Of a DNA stretch of 39,508 bases, positions 7,452-16,381 are shown one piece after another. Position 1 is the stretch's first letter, and each line of letters starts with the position of its first letter. The stretch comes from a virus (lineage: Duplodnaviria > Caudoviricetes): positions 1 to 39,508 of the IMG/VR virus record IMGVR_UViG_3300017648_000003; one strand, written 5' to 3'. The position numbers were made by a program, and so were the translations under genes. The notes below the pieces were generated by a model that had not been told where the DNA came from, did no database searches, and saw nothing but the letters and a program-made list of their open reading frames with translations.

Positions 7452-7516
7452 AAAAAAGAGCCGCCGGCCGCCTCCGGGGTTGCCAGAAACGGCCGACGGC
7501 GGGAGCCCGTGAAGGC
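7452..7516 (-). ncRNA. Putative sRNA 2 with its own promoter and intrinsic terminator
   Basis: TTGACC(7551-7546)-17-GACAAT(7528-7523); long hairpin, loop CAACC; T6 tail. Confidence 0.65.
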
Positions 7517-7576
7517 GGGGGCATTGTCGCCCCCGGGTCCGCGGCGGTCAAGCCGGGAGGGCGGGCTCGGCGCGCG

Positions 7577-7657
7577 AAAAAAAACCGCCCGCCCCGGGCA
7601 TCGCTGACGGGACGGGCGGCCACGATCGGAGCCGCCCCGTCGCCGGGGCGCCCGCGC
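7577..7657 (-). ncRNA. Putative sRNA 3 with its own promoter and intrinsic terminator
   Basis: TTGACT(7692-7687)-17-CACAAT(7669-7664); GCGA-tetraloop hairpin plus terminator hairpin; T8 tail. Confidence 0.65.
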
Positions 7658-7706
7658 GGGGGCATTGTGGACGGGCGGCCGGCCGGAGTCAAGCGGGGGA
7701 GAGCCG

Positions 7707-7832
7707 ATGGACTGGGGCCTGGTGGTCGGGATTCTGGTCCACCTAGCCGGCTGGAGCTGGTACGTCCGCCGCTGTCTCAGGGCGGACCGGGCCGCGCTGG
7801 AGCGGCGGGCCGGGAACGGAGGCGCGGGTTAG
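7707..7832 (+). CDS. 41-aa single-TM peptide (MDWGLVVGILVHLAGWSWYVRRCLR...)
   Basis: GGGGAG RBS, hydrophobic helix plus basic tail; stop overlaps the convergent stop at 7829-7831; below the ORF-track size cutoff. Confidence 0.55.
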   Translation: MDWGLVVGILVHLAGWSWYVRRCLRADRAALERRAGNGGAG

Positions 7833-8992
7833 CCCTCGACCTGGAAGATGTAGTTGACGACCGGGGCCGGTTCCCCGCCCCCGCCCGGCGGGTCCGCCCG
7901 CTCGAGACAGCCCGCGGCGCACGGGTCGGGCCGCTCGCGTCCGAGCATGTCGACGGTCAGGCCGTCCGGTCGCGGGCCGAAGGCCAGGACGGGGCTGTTT
8001 TCTTGCGGCTCGTACATCGGACGCAAAGGCAGGTCGGCGAAGCCGGCCGCGCCGCGCGTCAGCGCGGGGTACAGGTCGGTCCGCGAGTTCACCCCCGCGT
8101 CCACGTTGGACCGGGGGGTCCCGTCGTAAAAGATATTGTAATCTTCATCTACCGACCCGTTCGCGCTCGCCGAAACGCCCGTCTGACACGCCACAAATAA
8201 ACACATGCGAACGGTTATGATTTTGGGCGACGACGTCCAGTTGTACGCCCGGACGGCCGAGCCTCTCGCGCCGGAGAAGGTGCAGCAAGTCACCTCCACG
8301 CCCGTCGGCCCGCCCGCGTCGGATGAACCGATGCGCTCGACGATGACCGCGCCGAAGGCGGACGACGCCGCGCCGCCAAGGAAGAGGCAACTGCGAATGG
8401 TCACGTTGATCGCGTAGTCCGTCGGGGCGTTGGAGCGGAGCACGCGCACGCCGTCTCCCGACGAGGCGTCGATGATGCAGCGCTCAATCGTCACGTCGGT
8501 CGTGTTGCCCGCGAGCGTGACGCCGTATTTGACCGGGTACGAGTTGAGAACGCAGTCGCGGATGTTGATCCGAGTCGAGTCGCCGATGTACACCGCCGAC
8601 CCCGCGCCGCTTGATCCGCCGACGAGCGACAACTTCTGGATCGTGATGTCGGATTTCGTGTTCATCGCGATCGCGGACGCGGCGATCGGCGTGTTGTCGG
8701 CCGACCACGCCCGGATTTCCGGCAGTCCGATCCCGCCCACGCCTCCCGCCGCGGCGAACAGCGAGCCGTCGTCGTCGCCGAGAATCGTCAGCGGCGCGGA
8801 CTCGGACGGCGAAACGGCCGTTGAGATGGCCTCCCGGAATAAGTCGCCGCCCCGGAGGATCACCCGGTTCGGCTCGGCGGCCGACGCCCCGCCGCCGGAG
8901 CCGATCGCCTTGTTGACGGTCGCCCACGGGTTGGTCGCCGAGCCGTCGCCCGTGGCGTCGGAGCCGCCGGCGGCCACGAAATAATCAGCCAT
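7829..8992 (-). CDS. Right-handed beta-helix (pectin-lyase-like) tailspike/depolymerase candidate
   Basis: YFVAAGGSDATGDGSATNPWATVNKAI N-terminus; repeated xTIxxCxx rungs; last gene of the tail operon. Confidence 0.75.
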   Translation of the reverse strand: MADYFVAAGGSDATGDGSATNPWATVNKAIGSGGGASAAEPNRVILRGGDLFREAISTAVSPSESAPLTILGDDDGSLFAAAGGVGGIGLPEIRAWSADNTPIAASAIAMNTKSDITIQKLSLVGGSSGAGSAVYIGDSTRINIRDCVLNSYPVKYGVTLAGNTTDVTIERCIIDASSGDGVRVLRSNAPTDYAINVTIRSCLFLGGAASSAFGAVIVERIGSSDAGGPTGVEVTCCTFSGARGSAVRAYNWTSSPKIITVRMCLFVACQTGVSASANGSVDEDYNIFYDGTPRSNVDAGVNSRTDLYPALTRGAAGFADLPLRPMYEPQENSPVLAFGPRPDGLTVDMLGRERPDPCAAGCLERADPPGGGGEPAPVVNYIFQVEG

Positions 8993-9233
8993 CGACGATC
9001 CCCTTGTACAACATCACCATTGGGGCCGCCGCTTGGTCGACGAACGCGGCGAGCTTCCCGGACTCCAATTGCTCCAGCAGGTCGGACATCAGGACCGCGT
9101 TGCCGCCGGTGCAGTCCACGCGGACCTCGCTCGTCTCCGGATCGCGAAAGCCAATCTCGATCAAATAATCACTCTTGACCGTGATTGTTTTTTCGCCCGG
9201 GATCGGCGTGATCTTGTAGGGGTTCAGGTCCAC
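8985..9233 (-). CDS. Hypothetical tail-region protein
   Basis: AAGGGG RBS plus GTG 9233; overlaps the next start. Confidence 0.65.
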   Translation of the reverse strand: MDLNPYKITPIPGEKTITVKSDYLIEIGFRDPETSEVRVDCTGGNAVLMSDLLEQLESGKLAAFVDQAAAPMVMLYKGIVDG

Positions 9234-9244
9234 GCGATCGCCCC

Positions 9245-10252
9245 TTAAATCAGGACGTAGGTAAGCTCGCCGCCGACCGCGACCGCCGCCGACAGGTTGA
9301 GGTTCAGGGCCTCCCCGGCGGCGGTTTCGAACAGCCCCCAGGGGGACGGCGCGCCGCCGGCCGCGGCGTATTTGGTCAGCGGTCGGGGCCCGGTCAGGTC
9401 GGTCGAACCCGACCGCCACTTGGCCGTCACGTCGCCACCCGCGGCGAAGCCCCAGCGGAGCACGCGGATTTTCTTGCCGGCGACGGCGTCGACGATTTCG
9501 TTGTCCCCGGAGGCCGACGCGGCGATCTTGGCGAACAGCGGCGTCAGGGCGGTCGCGCCGTCGTAGACGGCGGATCCGTCGAGTCCGGCGGCCGTCCGAC
9601 CGATCAGGGCGGTCCCGGCGGCCAGCTCGACGGACCAGTCGCCGTACTGGCTCGCGGACACGGGGCCCTCGACCCCGACGGTCGCGCCGGAGGCGAGGCC
9701 GACGACGGTTCCGGTCGCGAGCGCGACGGTTGCATCCTCGGCGAGATTGACCGTCCAGGAGCCGCCCTGGTTGACGGTCGCGGGCTCGACGATCACGACG
9801 GGCAGGCCGTGCGCGGCGTCGACGACGCGGACGGTGGCGGGGTCGGTCGACTCCAGGTAGCCCGCCAGGCCCGCCGGCCAGATGTCGCCGTTGTCGTCGG
9901 TGACGCCGGCGACGGCGTTGCCCATGCGGATCCGCGCGATCAGCTCGGCCAGCTCGGTGAAGTCGCCGGCGGTGGGGACGTTGGCCACCAGGTCGCCGGC
10001 CAGGACCTCGGCGTCGTCGTAGCCGTCGGCCGTGCCGTCGATCGTCAGCGCGTCGCCCTCGACGCCGATGCATTTGAGGATCGTGAGCGGCGAGCCGTCG
10101 CGGAAAATCGACAGCCGCAGCGGAGCCGCCGGCGACGGCGAACCGAACCGCGCGCCGTCGTCGGTTCGGAGGGTCAGCGTTTCGCCGCCGATCTCGCGGC
10201 CCGCCGCGGCGTTGCCGATGGCGTTGTTTACGTGCCAGTACAAGTCGGGCAT
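9245..10252 (-). CDS. Tail/virion-associated beta-rich protein
   Basis: G/A/T-rich composition and position in the tail operon. Confidence 0.65.
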   Translation of the reverse strand: MPDLYWHVNNAIGNAAAGREIGGETLTLRTDDGARFGSPSPAAPLRLSIFRDGSPLTILKCIGVEGDALTIDGTADGYDDAEVLAGDLVANVPTAGDFTELAELIARIRMGNAVAGVTDDNGDIWPAGLAGYLESTDPATVRVVDAAHGLPVVIVEPATVNQGGSWTVNLAEDATVALATGTVVGLASGATVGVEGPVSASQYGDWSVELAAGTALIGRTAAGLDGSAVYDGATALTPLFAKIAASASGDNEIVDAVAGKKIRVLRWGFAAGGDVTAKWRSGSTDLTGPRPLTKYAAAGGAPSPWGLFETAAGEALNLNLSAAVAVGGELTYVLI

Positions 10253-10262
10253 TGCAGGTTTC

Positions 10263-10616
10263 TCACCAGTGGCCTCGGGGGCAGGATTCGGAGCCGAGCC
10301 AGGGCTTCACGGCCGCCAGGCAGCCGCAGGCCCGGCAGCGGTCGGCCGCCGCGTCGTACAGGCCGGACGGGCAGGCCAGGCAGACGGCCCGGCGGCGGCG
10401 GTACTCCCTCCAGCGGACCAGGCGGAGGCCGGACCGGAGGAACCGGCCGGCCGAGCGGGCCAGGTTGCGGAGCTGGGTTCGGAGCGGGGGATAGGCGGGG
10501 GGAGCGGGGGCGGCGGGCGGCGCGGCGGCCTTCAAGCGGGCGACGTTCGCGGCGTGGCGGCGCTGGATCTCCGTGCCGCGCTCGGCCCATTCGGAAAGTG
10601 GCAGGCGGTTACTCAC
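10263..10616 (-). CDS. Cys-rich DUF6171-like protein
   Basis: RRAVCLACP...RCRACGC...K......CPRGHW pattern. Confidence 0.7.
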   Translation of the reverse strand: MSNRLPLSEWAERGTEIQRRHAANVARLKAAAPPAAPAPPAYPPLRTQLRNLARSAGRFLRSGLRLVRWREYRRRRAVCLACPSGLYDAAADRCRACGCLAAVKPWLGSESCPRGHW

Positions 10617-11379
10617 TGATCGCGAACTCTAACCCGGGAGGAAATCCAAGCAAGCCGGTCGTCCAATCCATTTCCCCCGCGGCGGAAACCACCGGCCCCC
10701 AAGAGATGCTCACGCCGTTTTTTTGCGCGCCTCCGAGGTTCGGAAGCGGCATCGGATTCGGGTAGTAGACGGATGCGTCGCTGCAAGGATCGATAAGTCC
10801 TTTGCCTGTCCCCCATGAAACGTTTATATTTAGTGTGCATGTTATGCCGATGCTTATATTGAACTTGATCGGCTGCGCGGAGTCGCAACTCGGAGGGGAT
10901 TCCGGGTCGGGCGGGGGCAGATAGACGGGGCTCGCGTTGGATTGGGTAAACGGGGTCGCTTGCCAGAATCCGCCCGACCCTCTTGTCACGACGTAGGTGC
11001 CGTCGCCAAGCGTGACATACAGCGTTCCCGAGACGGGATCTTGCCCGGCGCAAACGCAAAAGTAACCGTCGGCCGGAGTGAGCGCGAAGTGATTGCCCTG
11101 CGTTGACGGGTTCCAAGTGCGCGTGATGGCTTTGTACTTTGGCCGAGACGCGGGAGGGGTGAGCGTGACGTTGTGCAGGGCCGCGCTGGGCGGCAGGTAA
11201 AACCGCGCCTCGCCGTTTTCATCCGTAACGCCATCGAAATAGACCACGCCGAGGCGTTCCACCTTGAAGCCGGCGCCGGGGATGCGGAACCCGTTCGCCG
11301 CGGTCGATCCGCACCCGCCAATCGTGACGGTCCTGTTCGGCGGCGGCCCGCCGCAGCAGCATCTCCGCCGCGTCATCAT
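10609..11379 (-). CDS. Cys-rich tail fibre / receptor-binding candidate
   Basis: Starts MMTRRRCCCGG at an ATGA overlap; C-terminal half is visibly lower in GC. Confidence 0.6.
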   Translation of the reverse strand: MMTRRRCCCGGPPPNRTVTIGGCGSTAANGFRIPGAGFKVERLGVVYFDGVTDENGEARFYLPPSAALHNVTLTPPASRPKYKAITRTWNPSTQGNHFALTPADGYFCVCAGQDPVSGTLYVTLGDGTYVVTRGSGGFWQATPFTQSNASPVYLPPPDPESPPSCDSAQPIKFNISIGITCTLNINVSWGTGKGLIDPCSDASVYYPNPMPLPNLGGAQKNGVSISWGPVVSAAGEMDWTTGLLGFPPGLEFAISE

Positions 11380-11798
11380 GATCCGCACTCCAGGGGCGCG
11401 ACCAGCCAGACGCCGAACGGATCGCGTTCGGCCCAACAGTAGAGGCCGGACGCGATTCCGACCCCGGCCGACATCTCGGAATCGGACGGGTTCTTCACGT
11501 CGATCCGGTCGCCGGTCGTCTCGATCACGTCGTCTTCGGGTCGGATCCAGCACAGGTCGACCTGACCGGCCCCGGCGGTGGCCCCGTCGCGGGGCGGGAT
11601 GTCGCCGACGGCCTTGCATAGGTAGCGGTCGTTCGTCCGGACGGCGGCGATTTGCAGGCCGCCCCGCCCGGATCGGACGGCCAGGCCGGTCCCGCCCCGG
11701 ACGTTGGCCAGCCGACGGACCTCGGTTTCCAGGGCGTTGAGCCGCTCGGCCGTCAGGACCTCGCCGGCCCGGAACGGGGATTCGACGTATGATGGCAC
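11376..11798 (-). CDS. Tail tip protein
   Basis: FRAGEVLTAERLNAL motif common in tail proteins; position. Confidence 0.6.
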   Translation of the reverse strand: MPSYVESPFRAGEVLTAERLNALETEVRRLANVRGGTGLAVRSGRGGLQIAAVRTNDRYLCKAVGDIPPRDGATAGAGQVDLCWIRPEDDVIETTGDRIDVKNPSDSEMSAGVGIASGLYCWAERDPFGVWLVAPLECGS

Positions 11799-11800
11799 GA

Positions 11801-12691
11801 TTACGCTTCCGTCCGCTCAAGCTGGTCGAAGATTTCCGTGAAATCCTTGTACCGGAAGATCCGCCGGGGGGTCGCCGCGCCCTTGTCCGACCGGCGGCGG
11901 ACCAGGACCGGAGTGCCGTCGGGCTTCGGCAGGTGATTCCAGGTGACCCCCGGTTCCGGGGACACGCTGAAGATCAGTTGGAGTTGCTGGGACAAGCCGT
12001 TCTGGGTCGCCTCGACCTTCGTGGTGAAGTCTGAGAACAGCAGCTCGCCCCGGCCGACGCCCAGGACCTCCGCGTCGTTCAGGCTGTTCAGGTACGGTCG
12101 GACCAAAGCCCAGGGCAGATAGGGGACGCGCGGGAAGGTCAGAACGAGCTGCGTTTCGTTGGTCGGAATCCCGTTGTCGCCGGGGACGGGCTTTTCGTCA
12201 TCGTCGTAAATGAATGAGCCGTCTTTGATCGTCTCCATCTTGCCGGCGGCCCGGATTTCCTGCGTGCAGACCGTCAGGGGATTGTCCGGGTCGAGCTGAT
12301 GAAGGTTGTACGGGTCGTCGGTCGAGAGGACTTGAGCCTGGCGGGGCGTGGAGAATTCGACCCGGACGATCGCGTGCGTGAAGAACTCGCCCGGAGAGAG
12401 CCCCTTGTTCGCCCCCAGCGGCGAGCCGTTGGCTCCGCACGGCTCGATGCCGAACGAAGTCGCGTAGAGGTTCGCCCCGGAGGCGGCCGGGAAGCGGTAC
12501 GGAGCCCGGTAGGTGATCGGACCGACCGTCGTCGACGACGACAGGCCGAAGATTTCGTCGGCGAAGAGGAACGCCTCGGACCAGGGCAAGAGGTAGGGAA
12601 CGGTGGCCCGGTAGCCGGAATCCACGTCGCCGGAGACCTGGTAGCCCTTGGCCAGGATCTTATAATTGTATGCGGAAATATCGGCGGGCAC
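11801..12691 (-). CDS. Distal tail / baseplate hub candidate
   Basis: Immediately downstream of the tape measure; beta-rich. Confidence 0.6.
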   Translation of the reverse strand: MPADISAYNYKILAKGYQVSGDVDSGYRATVPYLLPWSEAFLFADEIFGLSSSTTVGPITYRAPYRFPAASGANLYATSFGIEPCGANGSPLGANKGLSPGEFFTHAIVRVEFSTPRQAQVLSTDDPYNLHQLDPDNPLTVCTQEIRAAGKMETIKDGSFIYDDDEKPVPGDNGIPTNETQLVLTFPRVPYLPWALVRPYLNSLNDAEVLGVGRGELLFSDFTTKVEATQNGLSQQLQLIFSVSPEPGVTWNHLPKPDGTPVLVRRRSDKGAATPRRIFRYKDFTEIFDQLERTEA

Positions 12692-12699
12692 GAATCACC

Positions 12700-14238
12700 T
12701 CAACCCAACACGGCGAGTTTGGGCTTTTTGAGTTCGTCAGCGATTTCCCCGGTGTTTTCGGCGGTCTTCTCTTGGGCGGCGAGCTGCTTTTTCGCGGTGT
12801 CCTGTTCGCCGAAAATCCCGCCCCGGAGCTTGGCGGCGAAGTCGGCGGCGCCGAGGATCTGGTGTTTGAACTCCCCGCCGCCGGCCGCCCCGGCGGCTCC
12901 GGCCAGGTCCGCCCCGGGCTCGACGGCGGCCTGGTTGCGGGCGTCGAATATCCGCTGCGCGCGGTCGGCCTCGCGGGCGGCCATCCGTTCGCCGGCGGCG
13001 TCGATCTCGTCTTGAAGCGAGATCAGGTCGCCCCGGAGCAGCTCGGGAAGTTGCTCCGTGGTCGCCTCGAAACCGGCCAGGATGGGCGTCCATTCGAACT
13101 GGAATCCGCCGGCCGGGTTCTGGATCCATTCCCAGACGGCCGCGAACAGGTTGCCGAGGTTGGTTCCAAGATTCTGGAAGGCCGTCCAGGCGCCGACGGC
13201 CGCGTCCCGCATCAGGTTGACGAAGTTCCGGCCGAACCACTCCGCCAGCGTGAGCAGGTTGGGGAAGGCGACGGACAAGGGCGCGTAGATATAGTTTTGG
13301 AACGCCTCTTGAATCGTCAGGCTGTAGATCGTCCAAACGTCGGCCAGGTTGCGCCAGACGACGCCGATGGTCTCGACGCCGGCGACGATGGCGGCGGTGA
13401 AGCTTTCGAAGTACCCCTTCAGCGCCTCCCATCCCCCGGAGAGCGAGCCGACCAGCTCGTTGCCGAGGTTCAGCAGCGCGTTCAGGGCCGGCTCCAGCGT
13501 CGTCCCGACCTCGACGGCCATGTTCGTCAAGGTCCCGGTGAACCGCCGCCAGGAGTTGGCGGAGCCGTCGGCCGTCCGCTCCAGGTCGCCCTGCTGATCG
13601 GTCGTCTTGGCCATGATCAGGCTCAACGTCGCCTGTTTCTTGGCGGCCTCGTCCAGCTCTTTCGACGAGTTGATCAGGCCGAGCCGGAGCGCCTCTTGTT
13701 CCACGGCCGCGGCGTTGATCATCACGTTGAACCGCTCCAGCGGGTCGAACTCGCCCCGGAGCGCGGCGTTCAGCGCGGTGAAGACCTCGGCGTCGGAGGC
13801 GTTCCCAAACGACGCCATGTCCATGCCGAGCTTGGCCAGCCGGTTGCCGATCTCGGCGGCCTCGCCGGCGGCCACCCCGGCGGCCTTGAAGCTGGCCCCG
13901 AAGCTGGACGCGGCGTCCAGGTAGACCTGTTTGACCGTGCCGAATCGGTCGGCCATCGCGTCGGCCTGGTCGAGGATCACGCCGGCGGTGTCGCCGAAGA
14001 TCGCCTCCACCTTGCTGGTGGTTTCGGCCAGGTCGACGGCGCCGGAGATCCCGGTCTGGAAGAACCCGTAGATCGCCGACGCGGCCGACTGGATCAGCCC
14101 GGAGGCCAGGTTGCCGACCGTCGCGGCCACGGCCACGTCGAGCCGGGACAGCTCGCCGCGGACTCCCGCCAGCTCTTGCTTGACGCTGGCGTCCTTGGCC
14201 GTCAATTCAACAAATAGCGATGCGAGCTTAAAGGCCAC
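12700..14238 (-). CDS. Tape measure protein (512 aa)
   Basis: LASLFVELTA N-terminus, ALRGEFDPLERF and GDLERTADGSAN motifs, Ala-rich with spaced Trp; follows the chaperone genes. Confidence 0.9.
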   Translation of the reverse strand: MAFKLASLFVELTAKDASVKQELAGVRGELSRLDVAVAATVGNLASGLIQSAASAIYGFFQTGISGAVDLAETTSKVEAIFGDTAGVILDQADAMADRFGTVKQVYLDAASSFGASFKAAGVAAGEAAEIGNRLAKLGMDMASFGNASDAEVFTALNAALRGEFDPLERFNVMINAAAVEQEALRLGLINSSKELDEAAKKQATLSLIMAKTTDQQGDLERTADGSANSWRRFTGTLTNMAVEVGTTLEPALNALLNLGNELVGSLSGGWEALKGYFESFTAAIVAGVETIGVVWRNLADVWTIYSLTIQEAFQNYIYAPLSVAFPNLLTLAEWFGRNFVNLMRDAAVGAWTAFQNLGTNLGNLFAAVWEWIQNPAGGFQFEWTPILAGFEATTEQLPELLRGDLISLQDEIDAAGERMAAREADRAQRIFDARNQAAVEPGADLAGAAGAAGGGEFKHQILGAADFAAKLRGGIFGEQDTAKKQLAAQEKTAENTGEIADELKKPKLAVLG

Positions 14239-14241
14239 GGT

Positions 14242-14454
14242 CTACTCGCCGTAAAGGTCGTGAAGGTCGTCGAGGCTTTGGATCGGAATCCCGCCGGCGT
14301 GGGGGTCGGTCGGGTCGGATCGGTCCAGCGCGTTCAAGAGTTGCGAGAGCGTGTAGCGGCCCCACTCCCACTTCCGCATGCGGAGCCGTTGCTCGGCGGC
14401 GCGGACGATCAGCGGCCAGGGGCAGCCGTCGGCCCGGCCGCCGGGTCTTTTGGG
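14242..14454 (-). CDS. Tail assembly chaperone GT extension (-1 frameshift product)
   Basis: C CCA AAA heptamer at 14454-14448 shifts into KRPGG...WEWGRYTLSQL. Confidence 0.75.
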   Translation of the reverse strand, partial: PKRPGGRADGCPWPLIVRAAEQRLRMRKWEWGRYTLSQLLNALDRSDPTDPHAGGIPIQSLDDLHDLYGE

Positions 14455-14942
14455 AGTCCGGTTCCGGACCCGCCCGCCCGTTCCGGGTCGGGCGCGCCGA
14501 AGAGGACCGCGAAGATCCGGGCGGCGGTTCGGGCGGCCGAACGGTCGCGGGCCGCGTCCCGGAGGAGCGTCTTGTACAGCCGGACGGCCTCGGCCCGGGA
14601 GATTTGGGGCTGGTGGATGCTCAGGCCCTCGCAAAACGCCTCGGTCTGCCCCGGCTCGCCGGATAGCAGGGCCTTCGCCCCGGCGGCGGTCCCCAGGATC
14701 GGCGGCCAGCTCAGCGCGTCGTCGTAGGCCCGGTCCAGGAGCGCCCGGCGGTCCTCCGGGTTGAGCCCGGCCAGATGCGGCTTCACGGCGTCGATCGGGT
14801 TGGGGACGGCCTGTTTGATCCAGGCTTGGAGCCGGCCCAGCGCGTCGAGCGGCAGCTCGCTGAACTGGTAAAACCGGCCGCCGATCGAGACGGTCAACTG
14901 CGGCGCGTCGGTCAGTTGGTCGAGCGTGAGTTCGGGGTGCAT
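14409..14942 (-). CDS. Tail assembly chaperone G
   Basis: Between tail tube and tape measure, with a slippery site near the 3' end. Confidence 0.75.
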   Translation of the reverse strand: MHPELTLDQLTDAPQLTVSIGGRFYQFSELPLDALGRLQAWIKQAVPNPIDAVKPHLAGLNPEDRRALLDRAYDDALSWPPILGTAAGAKALLSGEPGQTEAFCEGLSIHQPQISRAEAVRLYKTLLRDAARDRSAARTAARIFAVLFGAPDPERAGGSGTGLPKDPAAGPTAAPGR

Positions 14943-15012
14943 CGGCGGGGCTCGCGGGCGGGGTTGGGACGAGACGGATCGGGGACGGTCGGGCGGACGG
15001 GCGGGCGGCGGA

Positions 15013-15414
15013 TCAGGGGGTGGGATCGGCGGGCAGCGTCCAGACGCCCTTGCCGACGAACGACGCGGTGACTTTGACCCCGTCTTTAACGGCGCTCTTG
15101 ATCGACAGCTTGGTGATCAGGGCCGACCCGGTCAGTTCGACGGACGCCGTTTTGTTGACGTAGAGGTGGAGCGTCACGGCGGAGCCGACGGCCAGGCCGA
15201 GGGTGGCGCCCGTCGGCGGCGTGGTTTTGCTCCAGAGGAAATCAAACGAGCCCTCGACCCGTTTGGTCGCGGGGGAGGTGTCGTCCCAGCCGGAATCGGC
15301 CGTGGTGGTCGAGTCGTAAGTGTTGACCGAAACGTCGGCCGACCAGCCGGAAACCTCGGCGTCTTGGGTTCCGACTTCGACGACGCCGTCGACGCCGGAA
15401 TAGTTGCTGGACAT
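15013..15414 (-). CDS. Major tail (tube) protein
   Basis: SGVDGVV...WSAD...DSTT...GW...GSALIT...FVGKG pattern of siphovirus tube proteins. Confidence 0.85.
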   Translation of the reverse strand: MSSNYSGVDGVVEVGTQDAEVSGWSADVSVNTYDSTTTADSGWDDTSPATKRVEGSFDFLWSKTTPPTGATLGLAVGSAVTLHLYVNKTASVELTGSALITKLSIKSAVKDGVKVTASFVGKGVWTLPADPTP

Positions 15415-15456
15415 GGGGGTTGCTCCAGAGGGAGGCGGGGCGGAATGAGGCGGGCG

Positions 15457-15975
15457 TTATTCGGAGTCGGAGTCGATCGAGTGGGCAATTTCCAGGTCGA
15501 AGGTCGCGACCCAGCAGTCCCGGCCGCCCAGGCCGAGCCCCTCGCCGAGGCCGGTGGTTTGGCCGCCGGGCAGGACGTGCTGGACGGGCTCGCCGTCGAC
15601 GGACAGCCGGGCGTTGAGGACGGCCTTGCGGACGGCCTTGCGGATGGCGACGGCCTGGGCGTCGGTCTCGGCGTGGATCGAAATCTGAACCAGCGAGTCG
15701 AGGATCGCGCCGTCGGTCGTGCGGCCGTCGCGCTCGGTCTCGGCGGCCAGGAGGTAGGTCGCGTAGGGCTCCGCCGTCGTCTCCGGGGCCTCCGCGTGCC
15801 AGACGAGCCCGTCGGAAACCAAGGCCCGAAGATCGGTCTGATCGGCCCACCAGGCGGACAGGGCCTCCAGCACCGACCCGCCGTCGTACAGGACCGGCTC
15901 CGGCGGTTCGGGGCCGGACGGGGGCGGCGCGTTGAAGCCGAGCGGGGAATTGAAGGCCCAGGGCGCGTTGAACAC
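15457..15975 (-). CDS. Tail terminator (DUF3168-like)
   Basis: APE...PYATY...VQISIHA motif and synteny. Confidence 0.75.
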   Translation of the reverse strand: MFNAPWAFNSPLGFNAPPPSGPEPPEPVLYDGGSVLEALSAWWADQTDLRALVSDGLVWHAEAPETTAEPYATYLLAAETERDGRTTDGAILDSLVQISIHAETDAQAVAIRKAVRKAVLNARLSVDGEPVQHVLPGGQTTGLGEGLGLGGRDCWVATFDLEIAHSIDSDSE

Positions 15976-15988
15976 GGTCGCGTCGTCC

Positions 15989-16381
15989 TCAGTCGTTGGA
16001 GCCGATCAACAGTTGGCCGACCTTGCCCCGGACCTCAAGCGCCGCCCGCCGGAGCCAGGGCCGGGGCTTGAGCCCCCGCTTGGTTCCCAGCTCAAGATGC
16101 TTGCCGTATTCGACGTTGGTTCCCACCCGGGCCGTCAAGCTGGCGTCGTCGACTTCGTAAGCGACCGACGCGCGGAGCCGTCCGGTTTGCTTGTGGGGCG
16201 GCTCGCCGGGCTTGGACCGAACGACGGGGCCGATTTGCTTGCCTTTTTCGCGGCCGGTCCCGGGGACCGACAGCAGCTCGGCCGCCCGCTTGCGGATCGT
16301 GATCGCCGCGCGCGAGAGCGCGCGGGCGGCCTTGCTCCGGACATGCTTCTCCGCCCCGTCGCCGTTCCACTCGACGCTCAC
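15989..16381 (-). CDS. HK97 gp10-like tail completion protein
   Basis: SKPGEPP..QTGRLRAS...VGTNVEYG..LELGT...PRPWLR. Confidence 0.88.
   Translation of the reverse strand: MSVEWNGDGAEKHVRSKAARALSRAAITIRKRAAELLSVPGTGREKGKQIGPVVRSKPGEPPHKQTGRLRASVAYEVDDASLTARVGTNVEYGKHLELGTKRGLKPRPWLRRAALEVRGKVGQLLIGSND

Noticed and set aside
7026-7700. CRISPR array, or the long ORFs 6754..7692 and 7427..8200
   Set aside because: No identical repeats with regular spacers and no cas genes; the ORFs are Arg/Pro/Gly-rich GC read-through
10260-10267. 8-nt match of the sRNA 1 loop (TTCTCACC) to the RBS region of 9245..10252
   Set aside because: Too short, and anti-Shine-Dalgarno-like; not significant alone
10609-11379. 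Diversity-generating retroelement target or shufflon in tail genes
   Set aside because: No reverse transcriptase, template/variable repeat pair or flanking recombination repeats seen here
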